Below, in pieces: positions 11,152-23,127 of a DNA stretch of 59,279 nt. How positions within the stretch are numbered: the first letter of the stretch is position 1; each line of letters begins with the position of its first letter. The notes below the pieces were generated by a model that worked only from the letters and a program-made list of their open reading frames with translations, made no database searches and was not told the DNA's origin. The DNA lies in NCBI GenBank assembly GCA_040219255.1, contig JAVJSW010000014.1, positions 1-59,279 of the forward strand. Direction: 5' to 3'. Position numbers and translations under genes: made by a program. Source of the stretch: Sumerlaeia bacterium. GTDB lineage: Bacteria; Sumerlaeota; Sumerlaeia; SLMS01; JAHLLQ01.

Positions 11152-12450
11152 TTACAGCCCGGCGATCTCCCGCTTCGTCAGCGGGTCCGGGACCTGGGGG
11201 GCGGGGATGACTTTGTTCGCGGCGAGGTCCTGCTGGCCCGTGATGGTCAGCGGCGTGCCTTCCAGGACGAGTTCAAAGAGTTCCTCGACTTCCGGCGTCG
11301 TCAGGCCGATGCACCCGTTGCTGGCGTAGTGCCCGACCGTCTCCGGATGGATGGTGCCGTGGATGCCGAGGATGTCGCCTTCGAAGGCCATCCAGCGGGT
11401 GCCGAGTTCGTTGTTCGGATCGCCCGGCAGATAGACTCGCCCATCGCCGGGGCGCCAGGTCGGTTCGGTCTTCTTGTTCAGGATCTTGAACTCGCCGGTG
11501 GGCGTGGCGCCCGCTTCGCGGCCCGTGCGGACGTGGTAGCGCTTGAAGAACTCGCCGTGGTTGTAGACGACCAGCTCGTTCTTGGCGACGTCGCAGTGCA
11601 GCGAAAAGTCCGTGTTAGGGATGCGGAGCGTCTGGCCGACGCGCAGGCGCCGCGGGTCGTCGATGCCGTTGGCGCGCAGCACGAGTTCTTGGGTGATCTC
11701 GTGGCGCTTGGCGATCAGCCAGATGGAATCGCCGCTGGCGACCGTATAGGTCGTGTCGGCCCCGGTTTGCGAGTCGCCGCGAAAAAGCGCCGACAGGTTC
11801 ACCGCGCCCAGCAAATCCATCGCGGCCTTGCGGTCGTTGCCTTTCAGGCTGGGGTCCTTCAACGCCATCAGCAGGCGCCGGCGCGCGGCCGGTTCGTCGC
11901 CCACACCGATTTCCTGGCGCGCCAGGGCCAGTTGCAGCTTGGCCACGCCGGGGCGCTCCGGGTTCTTGCGGATGAAGCTCTCGACGGTTTGCAGCAACCC
12001 CGGCTCGGTCAGGCCCGCACTGGCGACTTTGCCCGACAAAGCCATCAGTTCGACCTCGTCCTTACGGGCAGAGTTCGGAAAGCGCTCGAGGAAAGCGTTC
12101 GCCTCCGCGGCCAGCCGGGCGTCCATGTTGGCGTCCTCCAGGGCTTCGAGGCGCAGCAGAGTGGCGGCTTCGGGAAGCTGCCCCCCCTTCTCGCCCGCGG
12201 CGACCTGATCGAGGAGCACGATGGCCTTGTCGGCCTGGTTGGTTTCGACCAGCTTGCCAGCGAGGGCGATCTGCTCGGCGGCGCCGGTCGAGGGCTCGAC
12301 GCCGGTGTCGCCCCGGCGCAGGCCATAAGCGGTCACGACGCCGCCCAGGGCCAGGATGGCTCCGGCGACGATGGCGATGTTGCGCAGTGAATTGCCCCGC
12401 CGGGGGCGGTCGGTGAAAAACGTGTCAGAGGAACGGGAAGAAAACGGCAC
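11152..12450 (-). CDS. LysM-containing L,D-transpeptidase (YkuD family) with TPR-like N-terminal region
   Basis: N-terminal TM, LysM YTVASGDSIWLIAKRH, catalytic GIHGT...SNGCI. Confidence 0.92.
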   Translation of the reverse strand: MPFSSRSSDTFFTDRPRRGNSLRNIAIVAGAILALGGVVTAYGLRRGDTGVEPSTGAAEQIALAGKLVETNQADKAIVLLDQVAAGEKGGQLPEAATLLRLEALEDANMDARLAAEANAFLERFPNSARKDEVELMALSGKVASAGLTEPGLLQTVESFIRKNPERPGVAKLQLALARQEIGVGDEPAARRRLLMALKDPSLKGNDRKAAMDLLGAVNLSALFRGDSQTGADTTYTVASGDSIWLIAKRHEITQELVLRANGIDDPRRLRVGQTLRIPNTDFSLHCDVAKNELVVYNHGEFFKRYHVRTGREAGATPTGEFKILNKKTEPTWRPGDGRVYLPGDPNNELGTRWMAFEGDILGIHGTIHPETVGHYASNGCIGLTTPEVEELFELVLEGTPLTITGQQDLAANKVIPAPQVPDPLTKREIAGL

Positions 12451-12580
12451 GGGAACGGGTGTCCTCTCGGGAGGGAGTGGCGCCGGGCGGACGGCAAACT
12501 CGCCGGACGCGGACAGGCCTCACCCGGTCGCAAGGGCGCGAACACTGTCAAGTTGGATGTGAGACCCCCCCGCGATCCTT

Positions 12581-12883
12581 CAACACAGAGGGCACAGAGG
12601 ACAGAGGTTCCACAGAGATCATTTAAAAGGTGTAGTTAGGAAAGTGAATTGGCTGCATCAAGTCAAACGAAATCAGAAGGATGCAAATGAATCCCAAAAC
12701 AGAATACTTGCCGGACCCAAATAAAGTCGCGGCAATTCTGGCATTTTCCTGCATTGATATTATCTTTTCAAAAGAATCGGCCGCCCTTTTCCAGTCATCC
12801 ATCCAGGAACCGAGGCCCGCCGGTTGTTTCGGCTAACTTCAAAAACGCCAATCATCTCTGCGTTCTCTGCGTCTCAGCGGTGA
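12581..12883. repeat. ~303-bp intergenic element bounded by CACAGAG / CTCTG(C/T)G periodic inverted repeats (copy 1)
   Basis: Left end caacacagagggcacagaggacagaggttccacagaga, right end tctctgcgttctctgcgtctcagcggtga, AT-rich core; homologous ends at 42830-43133. Confidence 0.75.
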
Positions 12884-13004
12884 TTACTTGAAGGATTAGG
12901 GAGCCCCCCGAAGGCCCGAAGGCGCCCGCGATTCTTGCACCCACCATCTCCGCGGGATTTCTTCCTTGAAAAACCCGGGGGAGGCGCTTGCGCACGAAGG
13001 CCCA

Positions 13005-15224
13005 TTACCCACGCGCGGAGGCTCCCTCCTCGCGGAGCCGAACCTTCCAGACCGTCAGAGCCTCCGCCTTGCCTTTGACGGACACGCCCGTCACCTTCTC
13101 GAGTTCGCAACCCAGGTCCTTGAAGACGGGGGCGTCCGGCCCGCCGATGTGGGCCAGGGTTCCATCGCCCGCCACAATTTCGTCCGTCGTCGCGAGGCCC
13201 TGGAGCCGCGACGCCAGATTCACCGCGTCGCCCAGCGCCGTGAACTCGATGCGGATACGGCGCCGGCCGACGATTCCGGTAATCGCCTCGCCGGTGTTGA
13301 CGCCCGCGCCGGTCGCCAGCCGGATGCCCAGCTCCTTCAGCTTCGGTTCCTCCGCCAGGCGATCCATCGCGCGCTGCACGTCCGCGGCGGCCCGCAGCGC
13401 CCGCTCCGCGTGGTTCGGCGCTTCCTCCGGCATGGCGCCGAACAGCGCCAGCACCGCGTCGCCCAGGAACTTGTTCACCTGGCCCTCGTGGCGGAACACG
13501 ATCTCGGAAACCGTGTCGTAGAACCGATCCAGGATCCCCAGCACCACATCGGCGTCGTGCGTCTCGGAAAGCGTCGTGTAACCCCGGATGTCGACAAACA
13601 GCACGCTGATCTCGCGCCGCGTGCCCCACAGGCTTTCGTTGGCGTAGTTGCGCAGAATCTCTTCGCCGATACGGGGGCTGACGGTGCGCAGGAAGACGTC
13701 CTTGACCAGACGCCGGTCGCGCTCGGCCACACCCACGATGTAGGCGAACAGCACGAGCGTCTGGGCCACCGTCGCGAAGACCGGCGCCGCCAGCGGCAGC
13801 ACCAGCCCCGCCCCGGCGAACAGCGCATAGTTCACCACGATATAGGCCACCAGCGCCAACGCCATCATCCGCGCCGCCCGGGCGAAAGGCAGCAGCCAGA
13901 AAATCATGCCCGCCAACACGCCCCCCGCCAGCAGGATCGAGAAGCGCGCGCCCATCGGCGGCAGCGTCAGAAAGTCCCGCCGCAGCACGTTGTCCAGGAT
14001 GTTGGCGTGCATGCCCACCATCGGAAACGCGGGCTGGAGCGGGATCGGCTCGATGTCGGTGGCGGCGCTGCCGGCCACCATCTCCCCCACCAGGACGATG
14101 GCGTCCTCCCAGGCCGCCGCCAGGCGCTGGCGCTTCGCTTCGTCGGACACATAGCCCGCCGCCGCCGAGAGGGCCACGCTCGTGCCCCGCCGCAGGAAGT
14201 CCTCCCCCTCGCGATAATTGATCAGGTACCGGCCCTTGCCATCGATCGGGATGGCGATGGGCGCGTCGGCGCGCTCGGTCGGATTGATCGTGATCGCCCG
14301 GCCCCACTCGATCTTCGTTTCCTCCCAATCGGCCCCATACCACACGTGCAGCGCCGCTAGGTCCAGGTTGGGGTACAGCCGCCCATTGTACTCGAACACC
14401 AGCGGCGCGCGCCGCACCACCGATTCCTCGGACTTGTCGATGTTGGCGATGCCGAGTGCATCCGCCGCCCCGATCAGCGATGGCGACAGGAAGTTCGACG
14501 ACTGCGCCACCATCGGGCTGGCCGCCTCGCCCGCTTCGAATTCCTTGCCCCATTCCAGCTCCATCCACCGCTCCACCAGCCGCCATCGCCAATAGCGCGT
14601 CCACGCCATCAGCCGCGCCATCTCCAGCCGGTCCTCCTCGCTCATCAGGGCCGATTTCTCCTCGATGTACCCGCTCAGCTTGTCCGAGTAATCGCGCAAC
14701 TGCTCCGACGCCAGCGTCATCAGCCGCGCCGTGTCGGTGGTCTTGCGGGCGATGTCGGCGACCGGTTCGAAATTCGGCGGGTTCTCTCCGGCGGGGGCTT
14801 CCCGGCGGAAATAATCGTCCACCTTATAGGCCAGCACCGCGTCCACCTCGCGCAGCCGCAACGCCAGCAGGTCGTCCTTGGGGCGCTCCTGTTCGAAGAA
14901 AATATCGAACACCACGAGCCCCACGCCCGCCTCGCGCAACGCCCGCAGAAGCTGCTGATGCGCCGCGCGGGTCGAGATTTCCTCGCCGATCTGGCGCGAG
15001 TCGAACTCCGTCAACCCCACCAACACCAGCTCCTCGGACAGCGGCTGGGGCGAGAGCCGGTTGCGCAGCCGCATCCGCACGTCGTACAGCCCCCACTCCG
15101 CGTCCTCCACCAGACCGATCGGCACCAACGCCAGCAGCAGCGCCGGAAACAGCGCCAGCGCCAGCGTCACCCCCAGGCTGGGGCGCGCGCTCGCTCGCTT
15201 CGGTCCGCGGGGCTTCTCGTCCAT
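13005..15224 (-). CDS. CHASE2-domain class III adenylate/guanylate cyclase
   Basis: YDVRMRLR, VVFDIFF, 3 TM, LFVDIRGYTTLSE, NKFLGDAVLALFG, GDAVNLASRL. Confidence 0.93.
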   Translation of the reverse strand: MDEKPRGPKRASARPSLGVTLALALFPALLLALVPIGLVEDAEWGLYDVRMRLRNRLSPQPLSEELVLVGLTEFDSRQIGEEISTRAAHQQLLRALREAGVGLVVFDIFFEQERPKDDLLALRLREVDAVLAYKVDDYFRREAPAGENPPNFEPVADIARKTTDTARLMTLASEQLRDYSDKLSGYIEEKSALMSEEDRLEMARLMAWTRYWRWRLVERWMELEWGKEFEAGEAASPMVAQSSNFLSPSLIGAADALGIANIDKSEESVVRRAPLVFEYNGRLYPNLDLAALHVWYGADWEETKIEWGRAITINPTERADAPIAIPIDGKGRYLINYREGEDFLRRGTSVALSAAAGYVSDEAKRQRLAAAWEDAIVLVGEMVAGSAATDIEPIPLQPAFPMVGMHANILDNVLRRDFLTLPPMGARFSILLAGGVLAGMIFWLLPFARAARMMALALVAYIVVNYALFAGAGLVLPLAAPVFATVAQTLVLFAYIVGVAERDRRLVKDVFLRTVSPRIGEEILRNYANESLWGTRREISVLFVDIRGYTTLSETHDADVVLGILDRFYDTVSEIVFRHEGQVNKFLGDAVLALFGAMPEEAPNHAERALRAAADVQRAMDRLAEEPKLKELGIRLATGAGVNTGEAITGIVGRRRIRIEFTALGDAVNLASRLQGLATTDEIVAGDGTLAHIGGPDAPVFKDLGCELEKVTGVSVKGKAEALTVWKVRLREEGASARG

Positions 15225-15629
15225 CCCTCACGCGATAGCCCGCTCCGGCACGAAGCACAAGCGGGGAAATACCCCCGTGTCCGGCCCTGATCCATGAACC
15301 AGACTCCGCGGAAGACAACGTTCCCATGGAGAAAAAAACTCGGCGGACTTCTTTGCGACAAGACATTTGGCTCTCCCAGGTTACCCGGACAAGGCATCGC
15401 TTTCCGCTGTGGAAGAACGTAACCTTCCTCGCGCCAAACGCCTTCGTGCCTTCGCGTCTCCGTAGTGAATTTCTTGTGGACCAGGGTTTACGATCCAGCA
15501 CACCGGTCCTTGGCGTCGATGAAACCAGCCGTCCTTGTATCCCCGCCGATCCGCGTCCGCCTCGTGCCCAACTGGCGGTCCCAGATCCCTTTAACGCCAG
15601 TCGTATCAGACATCCACCCGACCCCCGTT

Positions 15630-15722
15630 GTCTCATAAGTGCATCTTGTCGTTTTGGTTGGTTTTGTCTGTTTAGTTTATTTTGTCTATCTTGTCCCCGA
15701 GTTGCCACAAGAAGGGACAAAC
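15630..15722 (-). repeat. Dispersed ~57-bp repeat, diverged copy with internal duplication
   Basis: Minus strand gtttgtcccttcttgtgg...gggacaagatagacaaaataaact...gacaagatgcacttatgagac matches 24313-24369 and 27722-27778. Confidence 0.7.
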
Positions 15723-15910
15723 GAAAGGACCTGTGCGAGGCTCCTTCCCAGAAGTCAGACAAACCCCTCGCACAGGACACCGCAGCCATGACTCCCCTCG
15801 CCCCGCCCCGCCGCTCACGGCCACTTCCCACCGCCGCTCCGCGCGCCAATCCTCCTCGTCCCATTCCTCGCTTCGGGGCGGAAGCTGAGCGCCCCGCGGC
15901 CCCGGGCGTC

Positions 15911-16387
15911 TCACATATGGCAACTGCCCAGGCCCCGCCGCGCCAGATACTGCTGGTGGTACTCCTCGGCGGCGTGGAAGGGCTTGGCCGGTTCGATTTC
16001 CGTGACGATGGTGCGGCCGTTGAATTTCGGCGAAGCCTGAACCCGGTCGCGCACCGCCTCGGCGGCCGCTTTCTGTTCGTCCGAGTAGGTAAAAATGGCC
16101 GAGCGGTACTGGCTGCCCACATCCGGCCCCTGGCGGTTCTTCTGCGTCGGGTCGTGGCAGGCGAAGAACTTCTCGACGAGGGTCTCGTAGCTCACGCGCT
16201 CGGGATCGAACTCCACCCGCACCACCTCCGCGTGGCCGCTGCGGCCGGCGCAGACTTCGCGGTACGTGGGCTTTTCCGTGTGGCCGCCGCTGTAACCCAC
16301 GGTGGCGTCCAACACACCGGGAATGGCGCGGAAAGCGACTTCCACGCCCCAGAAACATCCGGCTCCAAACATGGCTTTTTCTGTCAT
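15911..16387 (-). CDS. msrA: Peptide-methionine (S)-S-oxide reductase
   Basis: [41 protein letters not shown]. Confidence 0.98.
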   Translation of the reverse strand: MTEKAMFGAGCFWGVEVAFRAIPGVLDATVGYSGGHTEKPTYREVCAGRSGHAEVVRVEFDPERVSYETLVEKFFACHDPTQKNRQGPDVGSQYRSAIFTYSDEQKAAAEAVRDRVQASPKFNGRTIVTEIEPAKPFHAAEEYHQQYLARRGLGSCHM

Positions 16388-16630
16388 GACTGTGGTTCCT
16401 CCATAAGGAAACGACTTCCCCCAGTGAGGCGAAAACCGTGCTCAAGACACGGCCCGCCTCCAAAGGAAGGACCGGGCGCCCGGTTTTTTCTTTGGCTGGG
16501 CCATTCGAGGCTTGCCACAGCCCCTTGTCATAGCTAGGGCTGTCCCCTTTCCCAGGCCGCAACTTATTGCCGCTTCGCGCGGTGCCACACCGGTCTTCCA
16601 GCTTTTCCCCGTGGAGTCACCTTAGCGACC

Positions 16631-18709
<2,079 letters not shown>

Positions 18710-18711
18710 CC

Positions 18712-19989
18712 ATGCGTATGATACTCGCCGCCACCGCCGCGGGCTGGATGGCCCTGGCCGGAGCCGCCCCTGCCGGCGACGATCCCGTCCGCACCGGACT
18801 CGACGTCCTCGCCGCCGACCGCTTCGCCCTCCTCAAAACCCACGAAGCCGCCACCACGGCGCCCCTCGTCGGCCTTATCACGAACCAGAGCGGCCTCTCC
18901 CGCTCCGGCGAGCACATCCTCGACCTGATGCTGGAAAGCGGCGTCGCCGTCCAGGCCATCTTCGCCCCCGAACACGGCCTGCGTGGCGACATCGACCGCC
19001 CCTTCGACACCTACATCGACGAAGCCACCAGCCTCACCGTCCATAGCCTCTACGGCTCGAACAATCAGCGCCGCCCCGACGACGCCGACCTCGAGGGCCT
19101 CGACTATCTCGTCTTCGACATCCAGGACATCGGCGTCCGCTTCTACACCTACATCGCCACCATGGGCATCTGCATGGAAGCCGCCCAGGACCACGGCATC
19201 GACTTCGTCGTCCTCGACCGCCCCAACCCCATCGGCGGCCATTGGTTCGACGGCCCGATCCAGGACCCGGATCTCGTCGGCAACTTCACCGCCTTCCGCC
19301 CCATGCCCATCGTCCATGGCATGACCGTGGGCGAAGTCGCCCGCTTCTACACGGAAACGGACGACGAACTGGCGGTGGATCTCACCGTCGTCGAAATGGA
19401 GAATTGGAAGCGCGGCACCTTCTTCGACGAAACCGGCCTGCCGTGGGTCGATCCCTCGCCCAACATGCGGTCCGTGGCGGAGGAAATCCTCTACCCCCAG
19501 GTCGCCCTCACGGAATACAACCGCACCGTCAGTGTCGGCCGCGGCACGGAACGGCCCTTCGAGTACCTCGGCGCGCCCTGGATCGACGGCGACCGCCTGG
19601 CGGAGGAGCTTCGCGCTCGCGACTTGTCGGGCATCTGGGTTATGCGGACCACCTTCATGCCCCGCGCGCTGGATGTGACGGGCCGCGAGAACTACCCCTA
19701 TCAGTTCACGGAAACCGTCTGCCAGGGCGTGCGCTTCGTCGTCACCGACCGCGATGCGGTCAGGTCGGTCGAGCCGGGCCTGCACATCCTGCAGGTCCTC
19801 CAGGCCGTCGGCGGCGAGCGCTATGCGGAAGGTGGCGGCCTGCCCGCCAATCGGCGCCTCGTCGGCAGCGAAGCCGTCATCCAGGCTTTGGAAGCGGGCG
19901 AAGCCCCCGCCGCCATCGCCGAACGCTGGCGCCAGGACCCGGCGTTCGAGGCGTTTGCGCAAGCGCGGCAACGGGCGCTTCTGTACTGA
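18712..19989 (+). CDS. namZ: Exo-beta-N-acetylmuramidase NamZ (DUF1343) family, secreted
   Basis: Signal peptide, [50 protein letters not shown]. Confidence 0.9.
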   Translation: MRMILAATAAGWMALAGAAPAGDDPVRTGLDVLAADRFALLKTHEAATTAPLVGLITNQSGLSRSGEHILDLMLESGVAVQAIFAPEHGLRGDIDRPFDTYIDEATSLTVHSLYGSNNQRRPDDADLEGLDYLVFDIQDIGVRFYTYIATMGICMEAAQDHGIDFVVLDRPNPIGGHWFDGPIQDPDLVGNFTAFRPMPIVHGMTVGEVARFYTETDDELAVDLTVVEMENWKRGTFFDETGLPWVDPSPNMRSVAEEILYPQVALTEYNRTVSVGRGTERPFEYLGAPWIDGDRLAEELRARDLSGIWVMRTTFMPRALDVTGRENYPYQFTETVCQGVRFVVTDRDAVRSVEPGLHILQVLQAVGGERYAEGGGLPANRRLVGSEAVIQALEAGEAPAAIAERWRQDPAFEAFAQARQRALLY

Positions 19990-20178
19990 TCAGGGCCCTG
20001 CTCCCCCCGCTTCGAAAACGACCTCCAGTTCCACCTGATGCACCGGGCAGCCGGGGCCATGGGCCTGTTCGCGGGCCTTCAGGAGGGCGGGAACGCCGAC
20101 CGCCGCCGCGGCCGACAGCAGGCCCAGGACCACCAGCAGTTCCGTCAGGGAAAATCCACGGGCAAATCGCTCAGTCAT
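19990..20178 (-). CDS. 62-aa prepilin-type N-terminal cleavage/methylation protein (mini-pilin)
   Basis: RG|FSLTELLVVLGLLSAAAAVGVPALLKAREQA class III signal; GAGGA RBS upstream. Confidence 0.75.
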   Translation of the reverse strand: MTERFARGFSLTELLVVLGLLSAAAAVGVPALLKAREQAHGPGCPVHQVELEVVFEAGGAGP

Positions 20179-20298
20179 GGTGGTTTGCGTCCTCTTGAGA
20201 AAAAGATGGCTTGGAAAAGAAGAACCAGGCAGAGCCCGCTCGCGGCAGGGGGCGGCCGGCGAGGGGATGCCTGGTTTCGCGATGGAAGCCGCGAGGGA

Positions 20299-21471
20299 TC
20301 AGTACCGCTCCCAGTTGCCCACCGACGCCCCGCCCGCGTCGATCACGACGCGGATCAGGCCGAAGTCCGAGGCCGCCGTGGCGATGAAGAGTTCGCTCTG
20401 CGTCGCCGTCAGGGCCCGGGCCTTCATGCCGCGCCAGAGCACCGGCTCCGCCGCGCCCAGCGCATTGCCCAGATCCGTGGCGATGTCGGCAAACGCGATG
20501 GCTCCAGTCACGTCCGTGGGAACGTCCGCGCCATCCCAGAGGACGATCTGCGCGGCCGCTTCGTCGAAGCCGTAGACCGTGCCGTTGCCGTCCACTTCCA
20601 GACCGTGAAGGTCCACACGGCTGCCGCCGGGCGTGAGCGCGTCGTCCCAGCCGAGAACCTCCGGGTCGATCGGGTCGGTGGCGGAGAGGCCCTCGATGGC
20701 CAGCAATTCGAAGTTGTCATGACCGAAGATGTAAATCGTGTCGTCCGAGGGATCGATGCCGACGGTTTCGGGGGGCAGTTCGCCGGTGATTTCATCGCCG
20801 GCGCCCGCGGCCGTGGCGGCCTTGAAATCATCGACGTCGAACAGATCGACTGCGGCGGGGCTGCCCGGGGTCGTGGTTTCGTCGATGAAAACGGTCTTCG
20901 GCTCGCCACCGGTCAGGACCTCGAACTCCTCGCCGAGGGCCCCGACGATGACGCCGGTGCTGGTGACGTCGTGGCTGTTCCAGCCCTGGATGCCGGGGCT
21001 GCTGACGAGCGTGGCGGCGGTGTAGGGCGAAGCGGAGGCGTCGATCTCGAACACCGTCCAGGGATCGCCGGGGGCCACCGCGTTGATGTCGCTGGCCAGC
21101 ACCAGGCGGTCGTTCGTGCTGTCGTAAACGAACTCGCCCACCAGGGTCAGGTTGCCGGACAGGCTCAGGTCCGTCAGGATCTGCGCCTCCGTCTTGACCC
21201 AATTGGCGGCCTTGCTGGTCAGGTCGATGTGCGCCACCGTCAGGGCGCCGGAGTCGTTGTGGATGATGAAGACCGTATTGCCGGGGCCGAGGGCCACGCC
21301 GTCCAACGCGGTGCTGGAAACGGTGACGCCGGCGTTGTCGAGAGCGGTTTCGATTTCCGCGACGGTGAGGGATTCGCCGGTGCTGGCGACGCTGAATTGG
21401 GCTTCGGATTTCGACGCCGCCGCGCAGCAGGCGCAGACCGCGAGAGCGGACAGAAGAGAACGGGATGTCAT
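20299..21471 (-). CDS. Secreted acidic beta-rich protein ending in SVGNWERY
   Basis: Sec signal MTSRSLLSALAVCACCAAASKSEA, AAGGAG RBS; 390 aa; real C-terminal part of the 20299..23073 track ORF. Confidence 0.85.
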   Translation of the reverse strand: MTSRSLLSALAVCACCAAASKSEAQFSVASTGESLTVAEIETALDNAGVTVSSTALDGVALGPGNTVFIIHNDSGALTVAHIDLTSKAANWVKTEAQILTDLSLSGNLTLVGEFVYDSTNDRLVLASDINAVAPGDPWTVFEIDASASPYTAATLVSSPGIQGWNSHDVTSTGVIVGALGEEFEVLTGGEPKTVFIDETTTPGSPAAVDLFDVDDFKAATAAGAGDEITGELPPETVGIDPSDDTIYIFGHDNFELLAIEGLSATDPIDPEVLGWDDALTPGGSRVDLHGLEVDGNGTVYGFDEAAAQIVLWDGADVPTDVTGAIAFADIATDLGNALGAAEPVLWRGMKARALTATQSELFIATAASDFGLIRVVIDAGGASVGNWERY

Positions 21472-21493
21472 GGGGTAAAGGGCTCCTTCGTTT

Positions 21494-21508
21494 TGAGAAC
21501 GATTTTCA
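21494..21508. promoter_or_regulatory. Fur-like 7-1-7 box
   Basis: TGAGAAC-G-ATTTTCA versus consensus TGATAAT-N-ATTATCA, in a divergent intergenic gap. Confidence 0.55.
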
Positions 21509-21557
21509 TTCCATGGGATTCGCACAGGGACTTCGCCCTTGACGAGGCCCGCGTCAA

Positions 21558-21572
21558 TGAGAATTGTTATCA
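21558..21572. promoter_or_regulatory. Fur-like 7-1-7 box
   Basis: TGAGAAT-T-GTTATCA, 12 of 14 arm positions match consensus, 25 bp upstream of the pilin ATG. Confidence 0.65.
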
Positions 21573-21597
21573 GTATCGCCCGCCGGAGAACCGCCCT

Positions 21598-22260
21598 ATG
21601 CGCCGCGCCTTTACCCTCATCGAACTCCTCATTGTCGTCGCCATCATCGCGATTCTGGCGGCCATCGCCGTGCCCAATTTTCTCGAAGCACAGGTCCGCA
21701 GCAAGGTCTCGCGGGTGAAGGCGGACATGCGCTCTCTGGCCACCGCCATGGAATCCTACGCGGTGGACAACAACAAGTATCCCATTCCGTCGAACGCCCT
21801 CGGCCAGTTCATCACCGATCCCGCCGGCGACAATACCGTCTCGCCCTACGAGACGAAAACGCCGATCCTGCTGACGACGCCGATCGCTTACCTGACCAGC
21901 CGCCAGACCGATCCCTTTGTCATTGTGCGCAACAGCGTCGAGCCGCCGCTCTACCACACGATCACCAAGGACTTCGTGGACCTGAAGCACGATACCAGCT
22001 CGACGAACTGGAAGATTTACTGGGCGATTTTCTTCGCCGAAACGTTCAATGGCATGTCGGCCCCGCCGGCCATCAGCTACTGGCTCCAGAGCTTCGGCCC
22101 CGATCAGGTTCACGACGCCAACGTGCCCCATGCCGCTGGCGGCCCCGTATTGGGCCCGCACGTGCATGGCAACGGGGCGATTTACGACCCGACGAACGGC
22201 ACCGTTTCCGGCGGCGACATCCACTACTTCGGCCCCGGCTACGGCTTCCCGGGGAGCTGA
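21598..22260 (+). CDS. Type IV pilin / T2SS pseudopilin-like protein
   Basis: MRRA|FTLIELLIVVAIIAILAAIAVPNFLEAQVRSKVSR, SFGPD, YDPTNGTVSGGDI; 220 aa. Confidence 0.92.
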   Translation: MRRAFTLIELLIVVAIIAILAAIAVPNFLEAQVRSKVSRVKADMRSLATAMESYAVDNNKYPIPSNALGQFITDPAGDNTVSPYETKTPILLTTPIAYLTSRQTDPFVIVRNSVEPPLYHTITKDFVDLKHDTSSTNWKIYWAIFFAETFNGMSAPPAISYWLQSFGPDQVHDANVPHAAGGPVLGPHVHGNGAIYDPTNGTVSGGDIHYFGPGYGFPGS

Positions 22261-22488
22261 TGGGGGCACGGGTTTGTCATCACCGAGTCGCTCCGCTTTC
22301 GGCCTGACCTCGATCTGTGCTTTCCGCGCCATCTGTGGCAAGAAATCATCGGAGGCCCATCCGTTCCAAAAATCCCCCTCGACTTTCACCCTGGAATGCC
22401 CACAACGCCAGCGTGACCGCCCCGGACGGCATTTGTCCTCAACCCCCGGCGGCTTGCGAGCGCGGAAGGGAGGCGCCATGGGCCCTCG

Positions 22489-23118
22489 ATGATTCAGGAA
22501 CAAAAGTCCGAGCGGCTCAGCCGCATACTCTCCGATCTGGAGCGCGAGGGATGGTGCCACCTCCCCGGGTTTCTCGACCAGGCGGAGACGGCCGTGCTGG
22601 CCAGCCAGGCCATGGCCAGTTGGCAGGACGGCGCGTTCGAGCAGGCCGCCGTCGGCCATGGCGCCGCGCGGCAGCTTCGTCCCGAAATCCGGTCCGACTA
22701 TATCCATTGGGTCGATCCCGCCGCCGCCACCGGCGCTCTCGGCGATTACCTGAATTTTCTCGAGGAGCTTCGCCTCGGCGCCAACCAGTCCTTCTTTCTC
22801 GGACTCTTCGATTACGAGGGGCATTTCGCCCTCTATCCCGCCGGGTCGTTCTATGCGGCGCATCTGGATAACTTCCGCAATCAGAGCCGCCGCATGCTGA
22901 CGTGCCTGCTGTACTTGAACCACGACTGGGTGCCGGAGCACGGCGGCGTGTTGCGGCTGTACACACAGTGGGAGCCGGAGGCGGAGAGGGCGTTTGTGGA
23001 TATCGAGCCGCGGGGCGGCACGCTGGTGGTCTTCGCGGCGGAGCGCTTCTATCATGAGGTCCTCCCGGCCCACAGCGAACGCTTGAGCCTGACGGGTTGG
23101 CTTTGCCGGCGCGATTGA
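22489..23118 (+). CDS. 2OG-Fe(II) oxygenase (prolyl-hydroxylase/SM-20-like)
   Basis: IRSDYIHW, YAAHLD (HxD), LYLN, HEVLP, RLSLTGW. Confidence 0.9.
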   Translation: MIQEQKSERLSRILSDLEREGWCHLPGFLDQAETAVLASQAMASWQDGAFEQAAVGHGAARQLRPEIRSDYIHWVDPAAATGALGDYLNFLEELRLGANQSFFLGLFDYEGHFALYPAGSFYAAHLDNFRNQSRRMLTCLLYLNHDWVPEHGGVLRLYTQWEPEAERAFVDIEPRGGTLVVFAAERFYHEVLPAHSERLSLTGWLCRRD

Positions 23119-23127
23119 CGCGCCGGT

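Noticed and set aside
20038-23073. 740-aa (+) and 924-aa (-) overlapping ORFs
   Set aside because: Each is a real gene (pilin from 21598; secreted protein from 21471) extended by the shadow of the opposite-strand gene.
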